Positions 51,721 through 64,000 of a stretch of 64,000 nucleotides of DNA are shown piece by piece. A program made the translations under genes and the position numbers. A model generated the notes under the pieces. It did not search any database, had not been told where the DNA came from, and was given only the letters and a program-made list of their open reading frames with translations. The first letter of the stretch is position 1; each line of letters begins with the position of its first letter. Source of the DNA: the human T2T-CHM13v2.0 reference genome, Homo sapiens; assembly GCF_009914755.1 (NCBI RefSeq), contig NC_060928.1. One strand, 5' to 3'.

Positions 51721-51749
51721 CCCACTGGACGTTCATTTTCCCTCCTCTA

Positions 51750-53075
51750 ATTCTTTCAGTTTTGTTCTATTGATCTATGTCTATGCTGTGTCAGTATCAC
51801 ACCACTATCATTACTGTCACTTTGTAGGAAGTTTTGAAATTGGGAAGTGTGAGTTCCCCAGGTTTGTTCTTCACACGCAGGATCATTTTGACAATTCCAG
51901 ATCCTTTGAATTTCCTCATAAATTTTAGGATTAGCCTGTCAATTTCTGACAGCTGTGATTTTCATAGAAACTGCACTGAATCTGCCCATCAATTTGGGGA
52001 GTATTGCCATCTTAATAAAATTAAGTATTGAAATTTATCAACATAGTATGTTTTTCCATTGATTTAGGTCTTCTATAATTTATTTCTATAATTCTTCTAT
52101 AATTTATAATTTGGCTTTCAGTATAAAAGTCTTCTGCTTATTTGGTTAAGTTTACTCTTAATTACCTATTTTTTGATACTAATATAAATGGATTTTTTTC
52201 CTAATATTGTTTTTTGATTGGTCATTGCTAGTGTATGCAGATCTATTTGATTTTTTTCAACCTTGTTTATTGTGGCAAAATACCCATAATATAAAATGTA
52301 CCCTGTTACTGCTTTTAAGTATACAGTGCAGTGGTGTTAAACACATTCATAATGTGCAACCATCACTATCACTCATCTCCATAACTCTTGCTATTGAAAT
52401 TCCATAACTACTACACAATAACTACTTTTTGCCTCTATGATTTTAGACTCCTGAAAGTACCTCATATACATAGAATTATACAATATTTATCATTTTGTAG
52501 TTGGCTTATTTCACTTAGCATAATGTCCTCCAGGTTCATACATGTTGTAGCATATTGCATAATGGTCTTCCTTTTTAAGTCTGAAGGATGTAACAACAAC
52601 ATGAGCCCTAGATTAGCATCAATATGTGTGGGCTACAAGGTCACATGGTGGCTGTGTCCCCGCATTCAAAAGTGGCTTTTCATTTCTTTCTGCCTTCCAA
52701 ACCGTGAACAATATTAAATATGACTCACCCTAACTGGAAACATATTTTATGGACATACCACATTTTACTTCTCCATTTATCTATCAACAAACACTTCGGT
52801 TGCTTCCATATTTTAGCTATTGTAAATAATACTCTTATGAATATGGGTGTAAAAATATTACTTTGAGATCTTATTTTGAAAACTTCTGGCTATATATCCA
52901 GAAGTGGAACTGCTTTATCGTATGGCAATTCTATTGCTATTTTTTTAGAAATGAATATACTGTTTTCTACAGAAGTGCTAATATTTTACATTTCCACTTA
53001 CAGTGAATAGGGCTCCAAATTCTCCACATTCTGACCATCCGTTATTTTCCCGGGCTTTGTTTGATAGTGGTCATT
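51750..53075 (-). mobile_element. L1M fragments (ORF2 at 51750-52250; L1MA/MB 3' region at 52255-53075)
   Basis: atcaatttggggagtattgccatcttaa; tggcttatttcacttagcataatgtcctccaggttcat; ccagaagtggaactgct. Confidence 0.8.
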
Positions 53076-54810
53076 GTACTTCAAAGTTGGCTCTAATTCA
53101 TGTCAGCCTCCATTTTTGTGCCTCACTATTTAGGCTGTGCTTCTTTATTATTATTTCTGCTTTTGTCAATCTTACTGCTTCCTCCATGGTACCTATTAAT
53201 GTTGTGGCATATATGTCCCTGCAACAAATAATCTAATCACCCCGTAGCAGTCAATGGATATTACCACTGCTCTCTACTGCTATCTTTTCTGTAGTCTTAT
53301 TTCTCCCCAACAATTTGGCCAGAAAGTGCACATATTGTTCTTGTCAGTTATACTAAGGCAAATTTGGAAAAGTTATTGTATAATTTAGAATTATTGGGAA
53401 TAACATTACTATAATCTAAATTGGTTAGAAGTGCCAACCTGTTTTGAAAGTTTTCTAAGTAGTAGCGCCTTACTACATGTAATTAAGCCAAAATGAAAAG
53501 AAAAAACAACACAAAAATTGTCATAGTAGGGTGCTAAAAAGAAGATATGTAAATGCTTATGCGTTAAAATATTATCTGCATATTATAATAAAAGGAATAA
53601 AAATAAAACTATGCCCCTCATCCACATTGAAATTTATTGTCTAGACTTTTTATAAACATTTGATATTAATTTTCTTCAGAGTGAATAATATATTTGTATT
53701 CAAATTTACATTATTCAGATAAATCTCAGCCAGCCTAATTAATTCTACAACAATACTTGATGTATATTATCAGAACCATCAAATTATAAATTATGCATGT
53801 GTATATATGCATGTGTACATATATATGTACACATGCAAGTACACACACAAACATTTTTAACACAGTTCCAGTATATGACCTGATCCTATAATAAAATAAT
53901 AATAGCCATAACAATAAGGAATCATTAGCTTTGGAATTGTATTCCTATATATATATATAAAAGTGTTTTCTTAAGGAGAAACTGCAGTTTTCAGTTTTAT
54001 CAATAGATGGCACTACTATTTACCATATGTTTTGCTAAAATATAACAATATTTGCTGAAATATATTAATTGATAACTAATATAATTTATTTAATTAACTC
54101 ATATAATTAATTTATTAATTTTTATTCCTAAAAATTTGCTTTCAATAAACAATTTACTATTTCCTTGACATAGTAATGTATCACCTGTAAATATTCACTT
54201 TCAAAATGATACTTATAATCTTTAATCTTTTATTAATACATGATAATTACTGTTAAATGCATTTTTATTATTTATAAACTTTTAGATACTTCCGAAGACA
54301 TAATTATTATTATTATTTAATGCCTTCTAACTCAGAGTAGCATTTGTAGGGGAGATGCCTATTGCGGGTGTCAGGAGTGGTGTTATCACTAGGTGTTCTG
54401 CTTGCATACTATTTGTTTTTATTCTAAAATTCACTGGTGTTAAATCAAAAAATGAGCTGGAGGAAACTTCCAATTCAATAGCATAAATTATCTATAATAG
54501 TGATAGAACACTGATAGTCACAAATGATATATTTTCTATTGATAATATTTTATAAAACTATATGATGCACAAAATTATATGTATTTTGTTATAAAACACA
54601 CTCCCAAATCACTATCATAGAAGCCACAGTACAGGGAACCTTCTACTTATCCTCTGGCAAAGTTTACTTAAAATGATTTGTGTTAGCTGAAAATGTGGGG
54701 CCGAAAGCAAAGAATTCATAAGTGCCTCTCAGACCTCCGTATTAACAGAAAACTAATCAAAGCCCTCCAATCTATACAGATTTCTGGGATTCATTTGACA
54801 TATCTTGCCT

Positions 54811-54842
<32 letters not shown>
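54811..54842. repeat. (ATC)n, about 10-11 units
   Basis: Directly visible. Confidence 0.95.
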
Positions 54843-55336
54843 ATTTATTATAATTAGCCATAAGAACATCTTTTTGCATTTGATTAATATGAAATTTTTG
54901 ACTGGCATTAAATTCTTAGAAGTAGGTTTGCTTAGTAAATGTCAAGTAAATGGAAATCCACATAAACTTAATGTAATCTCAATAAATATATTGAAATAAA
55001 TACATATATATGTTTTTGAGGGAAAAAATGCTAGTTGCATTAACACATTTTTCTCTCTGATCCTCATATATAATTATTTATCTTACACAAGTGGCAGTCT
55101 TGATTATTAAAAGAAAATTTAAGCAGGCCAGAAATGAAATCTTGGTACCTTTTCAGGCTGTTTTCCTTTTGCAATATGCAAAAGCTTGCTGTTTGCCCGC
55201 CACTTAAATGTCAAAAATCCCATGTGGGTCAGAAAAATATCTTTGCTATGGCATGAAAACACTTAATTGTTAACCTATTCTGTTATAAGATTAGCCTGAG
55301 TGCTGATTTCCTTCTTGTGAACGTAGTATAACTTGA

Positions 55337-55337
<1 letters not shown>

Positions 55338-55393
<56 letters not shown>

Positions 55394-55704
55394 GATATTT
55401 TCTTTATCTCTTCATTGGTTGATGGACACTTAGATTGGTTCCATATCTTTGCAATTGTGAATTGTGTTATGGTGAACATATGTGTGCAGATGTCTTTTTT
55501 ATATGATGACCTGTTTTTCTTTGGGTATATATGTAGGAGTAGGATTGCTGGGTTGAATGATAGATCTACATTTAGTTCTTTGAGAAATCGCCACAGTTTT
55601 CCATAGAGGTTGTACTAATGTACATTCCTACCAACAGTGTATAAGTGTTCACTTTTCACTGCATTTGTGCCAACATCTATTGTTTTTTTCTTTTTTTTTT
55701 GGAC

Positions 55705-55745
<41 letters not shown>

Positions 55746-55896
55746 CGTGGAATGTTCCTCAGCCATTAAAAAAAAACACACATAATAATGTCTTTTGCAG
55801 CAATTTGGATGGAACTGTAAGCAATTATCCTAAGTGAAGTAACTCAGAAATGGAAAACAAATACCACATGTTTTTACTTATAAGTGGAAGCTAAGC
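55338..55896 (+). mobile_element. L1PB-like element with 5' inversion (55338-55704 minus, 55705-55896 plus), containing (CA)n and (TA)n(CA)n microsatellites
   Basis: Minus: ttcattggttgatggacacttag...caacatctattg. Plus: ccgtggaatgttcctcagcc...taagtgaagtaactcagaaatggaaaac. Confidence 0.8.
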
Positions 55897-56320
55897 ATAG
55901 TATTCTATGGTGTATATGTACCGCATTTTCTTTATCCAATACACAGTTGATGGGCACCTAGATTGATTCCACATCTTTACTATTGTGAATAGTGCTGTAA
56001 TGAACATAGGGCTGCATATATCGTTTGAAAAAACAATTTATTTTCTCTTGGGTATATGCCCAGTAATGGAATCTCTGGATTGAATGGTAGTTCAAGTTTT
56101 AGTTTTTTGAGAAATCGCCAAACTGTTCTCCACAGTGGCTGTACTAATTGACATTCCCACCAGCAGTTCGTAAGTATTCCTGTCTCTGCAGCCTTGCCAG
56201 CATCTGTTGTTTTTAGACTTTTTAACAAAGGCCATTCTAACTGGTGTGAGATGGTATCTCATTGTGGTTTTGATTTGCATTTCCCTGATGATTAGTGATG
56301 ACTAACATATTTTCGTATCT
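55897..56320 (-). mobile_element. Older L1PA ORF2 C-terminal fragment
   Basis: ORF2 peptide [17 protein letters not shown]. Confidence 0.88.
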
Positions 56321-58664
56321 CATGGAGGGAAGGAGGGAGTAGCAAAAATCAAGGAAATGAATTATAATAATTACTCATAAGTATAAGAAAAGCGTTAAAA
56401 GGTATTAATCTGGAGAACTCATAAAAGCCTAGGTATAGCATGTGAAAATGTATTCTATATTTTCCCAGCGCACCAGAGGCAGCAAATTATTTTCTGAATT
56501 ACTATTACATATGATGCTCTGTTTTACTGTTAATTTCTAAAACATTCTTCCCATTTGGTCAAGTTTAAAAATGACACAGATGTCAATGAATGAAATCAAA
56601 TTTACTATGTATTACATGATACAATAAAGTATGCTAAATAACATAAAGACTAATTAGATAATTCCAGTCATAACTTGTGATCACTGCCCGAACCATCTGA
56701 AGCTATTGTTTTGAACTTTAGAAATGTCATTGTACTATTTTAAATTGAACTACAATTTAAACATAATATGGAAGAAATAATCATAAATTACACACAATAA
56801 AGATCTGAGAAAGCATCTAGCAGTAAAACAACACAGAGAAAGAGATTAGATAAATTCATTAATTTAAATAAAATAAAATTTATTTTTAAAACATATGGAT
56901 TAACAAGTACACATGCAAATTGCAAAAGGTGCTTAAAATCTAATTAAGCTATCTTGAGAGTGCCCTCATGTTAAATCTTTAAGATCAAATAAGCCTCATT
57001 ATCACATTAACCTTCTTTCCACTCTCTTGTTATACAAGTGTCATTACATTAATTAGTCATTATACTGTTTTTTAAGTGCTGGCCACCTCATGAGCGTTTT
57101 GTAACATTACCCAGTACTTGTATACATAGAAGTAATCTATGATATATCACTCCTAGTCCAGTAAACCATATCATGCTAATTTAAATATCTATGTGTAGAT
57201 ATAACCAGATTATAATTTTATGAAGAAAACAACTTTGTAATATCAAAAACAAGATGCAGTACATTCAATTACCTATGTAAAAGAATTCTAGCTGAATGAA
57301 TTTAAGTCTAAGTCAATCATAGGTGAATAAAAAATAATAGTATCTGAGAATGAGTCACCTATCTGAGATTTGCTCCTATAAACAAGAGAATCTACACATG
57401 TCTTTGATTCATGTAGAGGACTGTTTCTCCCTTCAACCCTTAAAATGATGTTCTGTTTTATTGCTAACTTAATTTCTAAAACGATCTTCCCATTTGGTCA
57501 AAGTAGGAAGAGGAAAGAATCATTGGCTTGGTGTGTTTTTAGAAAGATTGAGCACATGGAACTCATCCTTTCTCATGTGTTGGATCTGCCTGAAAAGAGG
57601 ATGCATTCTATTCTGCTCTCTTGGCAATACGAGATCAGCAGTGTTGGCTCTGTCTCCGTGTGCTGAAGTCTAGGGTTGCCCAGCGACGCCCATGACTTGG
57701 CAAATTTTGGAGTCCATATTTGCCATATATCTCAACCACCTTCTCTAGGCAGCTTTACCCACAATGCAGGTAATATTTTGTCCTTTATGTCAATCACTAT
57801 TGCATCTTTCTCTTAATTGGTTCTGAAGACAAGGATCAGGAGGAAGAAGAGAGTGGTGTTCTTTACCGATCTCCTATATGTGCAACATCTGATGCTTTGA
57901 GAACGCTCTAGAAACTTACAAAGAATAAAGTGCAGTTGACACAGTAACACCAGGAAGAATCAAAGCTTTTGAAATAGCTTCAGCGGGTAACTTAGCCCTG
58001 ATGGTATATGCCTTAGAGCTGATCTTCTTTACAGTAGGGAAGTTAGCTTTTATATGCTGCAGCCTCCGCAGGTGGCTTTGGGTCTTAAGCTTTACTAAAT
58101 ATGGCATAATTTAATGTTATCCTATTGGGTAAGTTTTCCCCATAAATGAATAGCTGTGTTTATGCAGGCAGAGTTATGTCTAACAAATATACACATTAGG
58201 AAGCAGGTCACCCTATGTAGGAGCTGTCATTATTCAGCTTTGAATTACACAGATCAAGTTTGGCCTGGTTTAAAAATCAAGGCTAAGGCAGAGATAAGTT
58301 ATTTTATGTATCAGTAAATGGCTTTTGCTATGTTTCTTAACCAGGTCTGTAAGCAGTTTTTTTGTTGTTGTTGTTTACCTAATGCATAGGCAGCTAACTT
58401 CCATTAGTAATACAAAGCACAAATATAGGTTATTACTCTAAATTATTAATAGCAGCTATAGTTAAGCAGTACTAAACTGACTAACAAAATTACATGTACT
58501 GTCTTTAGTTATATAGAAGGAATCTTGCAGGGTTAACTTTCTATAAAGAGAGGCTTGTTCAAAGGTAGCAAGTACCCCAGTTCTGTTATTTATGTATTTT
58601 CTTATCATGGCTTTCTACAATGTGTCTTCACCCAAAGAAAGATTATATATTGTATTATATTTCA

Positions 58665-58851
58665 TTACACCCTCAACCTCCTGGGCTCAAGCCTCCTTAG
58701 TATCTGAGACTACAAAAACATACGTGTGCATTACCATGCCTGGATAATTTTTAGTGGAGATGAGATCTCACTATGTTACTTAGGCTGGTATCAAACTAGC
58801 CTCAATGTTCCCTCCTTGGCCTCCCAAAGTGCTAGGATTACAAGCATGAGC
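58665..58851 (-). mobile_element. Degenerate AluJ fragment with internal deletions
   Basis: cctcaacctcctgggctcaag...ccttggcctcccaaagtgctaggattaca. Confidence 0.8.
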
Positions 58852-59347
58852 AATTAATGAACAAATACAAAGTAAAAAGCCATGGCTGCCATAAACATTT
58901 CTTGGTATCCAAGATCTGGGCCCAAGGGTTACCTGTTTCAAATACCAGAATTACATCATGGAAGTTGTGAAGGCCACCATTAAGCCAAGGAATGTCTCAA
59001 ACCATTACACCAAGAAAAAAGTGTCTTATTTTAGAGAAATCAATTTCAAGGGTGGGGTAGAAAAACAACTCAAAGGAGGTGTTGCCAACTTAAAGCCTAA
59101 GACAGCAATTACATTTCTGTTCCTCCACTGTCTCTGAGAATTGGGTTTGCTCAAGATACCAAGTAGCAACTGAAGTGGTTTGAAAACATATACCTTTGAT
59201 TTTCCATCACAACATAAATAGTAGAAAATGAAAGGAAAATAGAGGAAGAAAGACTGATTATGCTGGATAAAGTTTATTTAAGAGGACATCTTGGAGGACA
59301 CAGCAGCCAGATATGAAAAGGAAAATGAGATCTTTAAGTCCAACACA

Positions 59348-59351
<4 letters not shown>

Positions 59352-59381
<30 letters not shown>
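59352..59381. repeat. (CA)n
   Basis: Directly visible. Confidence 0.95.
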
Positions 59382-59384
<3 letters not shown>

Positions 59385-59579
59385 CACATTGTGGCTCTAA
59401 GGACTAAATTCTTTTAAGGACAGTATCCTTAGACAATGAAGAAATGTTTTAGTTGTCTAGTGAATAAAACCTGAGTTGGGGCCTAGCAATCTAACAACAG
59501 AAGAACATGAAAAACCTCAGGGAGGGAGGAGAAAGAATGGATACGTCAAAGCTTTCCAGAACCAGGAGCTAATGAGAAA

Positions 59580-60170
59580 CATCTATTCATCTACTCATGT
59601 ACATTTAAAAATGCTGCCTCTTTAATATATACCCTTGTTTTTTTGTAACAATACAGTGGAATGTATCCTTATTTCAAAGACATTAATACAGGAAGAAAAG
59701 TAGTGTGTAGAGTATTTTAGGCTATGTGCAGTTTTGTAGAAGGTGAAAAAACTGTGCTGTGGAGAAGACTGGGCAGGACAGTGAGTGAGTGAAGAGCAGG
59801 TGGGGGCATAGTTAAAATTTTAAATAGTGTAGTCTGGGTAAGCTTCATTGAAAATGTGACATTTAAGCAGAGTTGAAAGAGTTTGAAACTGAGACTTATG
59901 GAGATCTGGCGAAGAATCTTCTGGGCAGGGGGAACAGCCAAGTGTAAATGTTTGTTATGTATAAGGTCCAAAAGGAAGTGTACATTGAATGCAGCTGGAT
60001 TACACTTTCTTTTCTGAAAAGGAAAGAGAAATAGGGTAGGAAGATACCACAAAAACTGAGAAATCAGAACATTTACGGTTATTTAGGGGATTCAAAGTCT
60101 GGCTTTTAATCTGAGAGACATTGGGAGCCAATGGGATTTTAAGTAGAGGAGGGATGTGACTTGACTTCAT
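59580..60170 (-). mobile_element. L2 relic
   Basis: ttcattgaaaatgtgacatttaagcagag...ggcttttaatctgag...tgggagcca...tttaagtagagga. Confidence 0.65.
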
Positions 60171-60415
60171 AAGCATGAAGTTGGGGACACATAAAAATAA
60201 AAATAATTAAGAAAAATTCCTAATAGTTCAGAGATCTTTATCAAGTGTTTACAAACATCGTAGATAAAATTGTGTAAGAAAGACAAAGAACACTAAAATT
60301 CTCATGGCATCTCTGAATGTATTTCAAAGTAGCAGTTATTGCAGGTGAGCCTGCAGCTATGCTCTGGACCTAAAAGGATATGACCAGGAAATCTATGGAG
60401 TTAAGGCTCCAAGGG

Positions 60416-60700
60416 AGCCGGGTGTGGTGGTTCACACCTGTAATCCCAGCACTTTGGGAGGCTGAGGCAGACGGATCACGAGGTCAAGAGATCGAGACCA
60501 TCCTGGCCAACATGGTGAAACCCCGTCTCTACTAAAAATACAAAAATTAGCCAGGCGTGGTGGTGGGTGCATGTAGTCCCAGCTACTACTCGGGAGGCTG
60601 AGGCAGGAGAATCACTTGAGGCGGAGGTTTCGGTGAGCCAAGATCGCGCCACTGCATTCTAGCCTGGGTGACAGAGCAAGACTCCGTTTAAAAAAAAAAA
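60416..60700 (+). mobile_element. AluSc-like with TSD
   Basis: ggtcaagagatcgagaccatcc. TSD ag(g/a)ctccaaggga at 60404-60416 and 60702-60714. Small internal deletion in the right arm. Confidence 0.94.
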
Positions 60701-61609
60701 TAGACTCCAAGGGAAGACACGGCCAAGATGAAACATAGTAAAAAGAATCTGGGAAAGAAAGTAATGGATTATGTTAAGGCACAGGTTAGATGTTGCTCTA
60801 ATGGGAGAAAAGCCCCTAGGTGGGATCTGCCAAATCACTAAGGAAAAGGTGGAAAATATTTGAACAGTGGATGGTTTTGGCAGACAGAGATCATATTTTC
60901 ATATCTCTCACTGTGACAAACCCCACAGAAAAATATAGAGGAGAATACATGGGAACAAAAATGTGTGGGCCAGAAAGGAGAGAGAAATAAAAAGGAAGGA
61001 AGACAAATTTCTAGCAGACAGCCCTCCCAAAGGAAAAAAAAGAAAAAAGTCCACATCAAAAAGAAGGCTAAACTGTTATAAAGTGACTGAATTCTCACAA
61101 AATAAAGAATGGAACAATTAAGAAAAATAGAGCATTAGAAGGAGGGGGAAAATGTAACAAAAAACTGAATACTGCGCAAGATTGAGAACCTTTATAAATA
61201 GAGGAAATAATACATTATCGACCTCTTGGTGAGGTATATGTCAGCAGGATCCCCCGGAGGATACAGTCTTCAGAAACATTAATCTCAATTTTAGATTCAG
61301 AGTCAGCTAAAGAATATATGGCAACTGAAGCAATGTGGAGCCTTGGTGAGATCCCTGTGGAGTGCATTTCGTAAACACAGGTAATTCTGTTGTGGTGCTG
61401 GGTCCAAAATTGCCTGTTCCCAAGAGGCATCGTGAGTGTCTTTAATGTTTTCTCAGAGAAGTGACTCTGTGCATAATTTTTCCTTCCCCCAAAAGGCTTC
61501 TGAGCATTGTGATCTTGTGACAAAATTAGGCTAGAGACACAATAAACGTATTTCCTCTTCTTTTTTAAATACACAACTAGCTCTCTTGTAGTAGAATGCA
61601 CTGATTATG

Positions 61610-61954
61610 GGCCAGCCATGGTGGCTCGCACCTGTAATTCCAGCACTTTGTGAGGCCGAGGCGGGTGGATCACCTGGGGTCAGGAGTTCAAGACCATCCA
61701 GACCAGCCTGGACAATATGGTGAAACCTCACCTCTACTAAAAATACAAAAATTAGCCAGGCATGTTGACAGGCACCTGTAATCCCAGCTACTTGGGAGGC
61801 TGAGGCAGGAGAATCGTTTGAACCTAGGAGTTCAGGGTTGCAGTGAGCCTGAGATTGTGCCACTGCACTCCAGCCTGGGTGATAGAGTGAGACTCCGTCT
61901 AAAAAAAAAAAAAAAAAAAAAAAAAGAGAGAGAGAGAGAGAAAGAGAAAGAAGA
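61610..61954 (+). mobile_element. AluS (Sx/Sz-like) with 17-nt TSD and A/(GA)n tail
   Basis: TSD agaatgcactgattatg at 61593-61609 and 61955-61971. Internal duplication of about 9 nt (agaccatcc/agaccagcc). Confidence 0.95.
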
Positions 61955-62708
61955 AGAATGCACTGATTATGACCCCTGACAAGTGGCAAAAGTGCTGTTG
62001 GCTGCCACAAGGCCTTCCTTATAAAAGCTTGCACACCTTCCTTCACATGTTCTGGTGTCTTCCAAACAGACACAGAAGACTCACTGAAGGGCTCCAAGGC
62101 TTTAGGGAAGTGAGGCTAAAATGATTTGTGGTGGGAATCTTTTTCCCTCTAATTTTTATAGTTACCAGAAAATAAGATTACTTACATAGATACTATAGCA
62201 ATATAAACTTTCTAGAAAATTTTTAAAGCTTATAATTTCTATAATTTATCTCATGTACAAGTAACAAGTAGTGCACAGACTGGAGCAAGAACATGGAATA
62301 GCATTGTCCTATGTGATACTGTGACCTCAAGAGAGAAGATGTCTGCATCACTGGGTGACTGAATGAAACAGAACTCTACCAACCCACAATCAGACTGTAG
62401 GAGAAGTGAGAAATAAACTTGACAAATAAAGGTAGGATATGGTTTAAACTGCTACAATAAAGTAAGAAAAAACATAGAGCATTAAAAAGACATAAATCCT
62501 GATATTTAATCAAAAAGTGATACGGTGGCTTGATGGTGTGGGTATGGGGTAAGCTATTATAAAAAAGAGACCCTTAGAACGGTGGCCTAAACAAGATGTA
62601 AGTAAACAAGCCCTTATAGATGGTCAAAGGACAGTTTAGTAATTAGATCTTATTGCATAACTTAGTGTATTTGTTTCCTAATGCTGCCTTAAGAAATATC
62701 ACAAATTT

Positions 62709-63033
62709 GGTCAGGCGTGGTGGCCCACGCCTGTAGTCCCAGCATTTTGGGAAGCTGAGTCAAGCGAATTGCTTGAGTCAAAGAGTTTCGGACCAGCCTG
62801 GTGAACATGGCAAAAACCCATCTCTACTAAAAATACAAAAATTAGCCAAGTGTGCTGGCACATGCCTGTAGTCCCTGCTACCTGGGAGGCTGAGGTGGGA
62901 GGATTGCTTGAGCCCAGAAAGTGGAGCTTGCAGTGAGCCTTGATTGCACAACTGTCCCTGATTCCAGCCTAGATGACAGACTAAAACCCTGTCAAAAAAA
63001 AAAAAAAAGAGAGAGAGAGATAAAAGAAAATAA
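62709..63033 (+). mobile_element. AluJ-like
   Basis: ggaggattgcttgagccca diagnostic. Degenerate TSD aaa(tat/gac)cacaaattt around the Alu pair. Confidence 0.9.
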
Positions 63034-63335
<302 letters not shown>

Positions 63336-63897
63336 AGAAAATGAAAGAAAGACACATAGAAAAGAAGAAAAGAAAGAAAACAAAAGAAAAGACAGAAAAG
63401 AAAAGAATAAAAGACCACAAATTTAGTGGCTTAAGGCAACACAAACTTATTCTCTTATATTCTGGAGGCCAGAAGACCAAAATCAGTTTCACTGAACTAA
63501 AGTCAAGGTGTGGGTAGAGTTAGTTGGGTTTGGAGAGTACACGGGATAATCCACGTTCATGCATTGTCTGGCTTCTTGAAGATGTCTGCATTTATTGGCT
63601 GATGACTCATTCCTCAAGTCACTACAACCTTTTGCTCTGTTATCACATATCCTGCTTCCTTCTTTTATCTTCTTGCCTTCATCTGATGAGGACCCTTATA
63701 ATTATATTTAGCACCAACCTGGATAACTTTCCTATCTCAAGATCCTTAAACTATATACATGTGCAAGTCTCCCCTTTGCCATATAAGGTAACATTCACAT
63801 ATTCCAGAAATTAGGATGTGGAAATCTTTTGGAGAGAATATTCACCTGACCACACCCAGGCAACTTCTATCTTTTTCTTCTACTACAAAACATGACT

Positions 63898-63898
63898 T

Positions 63899-63929
<31 letters not shown>

Positions 63930-64000
63930 TAAATTTTACTTTAAGTTCTGGGATACATGTGCAGGACATGCAGGTTTGTTACATAGTTATACATGTGCCA
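63898..64000 (-). mobile_element. L1PA 3' end and T tail, continuing beyond the window
   Basis: ttttactttaagttctgggatacatgtgcaggacatgcaggtttgttacatag. Confidence 0.92.

Noticed and set aside
57916-58107. 63-aa ORF
   Set aside because: No recognisable family and not part of the FSTL5 sequence I recall.
61215-61601. 128-aa minus-strand ORF
   Set aside because: It begins within an Alu TSD and has no recognisable homology; ORFs of this length occur by chance.

Overview
AT-rich, CpG-poor primate (human-like) genomic DNA from inside one large minus-strand gene. Three spliced coding exons, none captured by the supplied ORF track, join in frame: 32281-32120 (162 nt), 27889-27755 (135 nt) and a 27-nt microexon at 2484-2458. 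They give [108 protein letters not shown](G), which I recognise as the second Ig-like domain plus linker of follistatin-like 5 (FSTL5). The rest is intron, filled with 13 Alus, L1 pieces, L2/MIR relics, LTRs (MER4 group, MLT1), DNA transposons (Tigger3, MER30, MER58) and microsatellites. The listed ORFs are repeat-derived or chance. I found no novel protein-coding system, CRISPR array or RNA gene. The most interesting signals are: (i) the microexon, with SRRM3/4-type acceptor architecture and a NAGNAG acceptor; (ii) two twin-primed L1PA elements that form a mirror-image inverted repeat around the two Ig-domain exons; (iii) L1 3' truncations that suggest deletions; (iv) local templated inverted duplications. 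Repeat subfamily calls come from remembered consensus features and the boundaries of old repeats are approximate.
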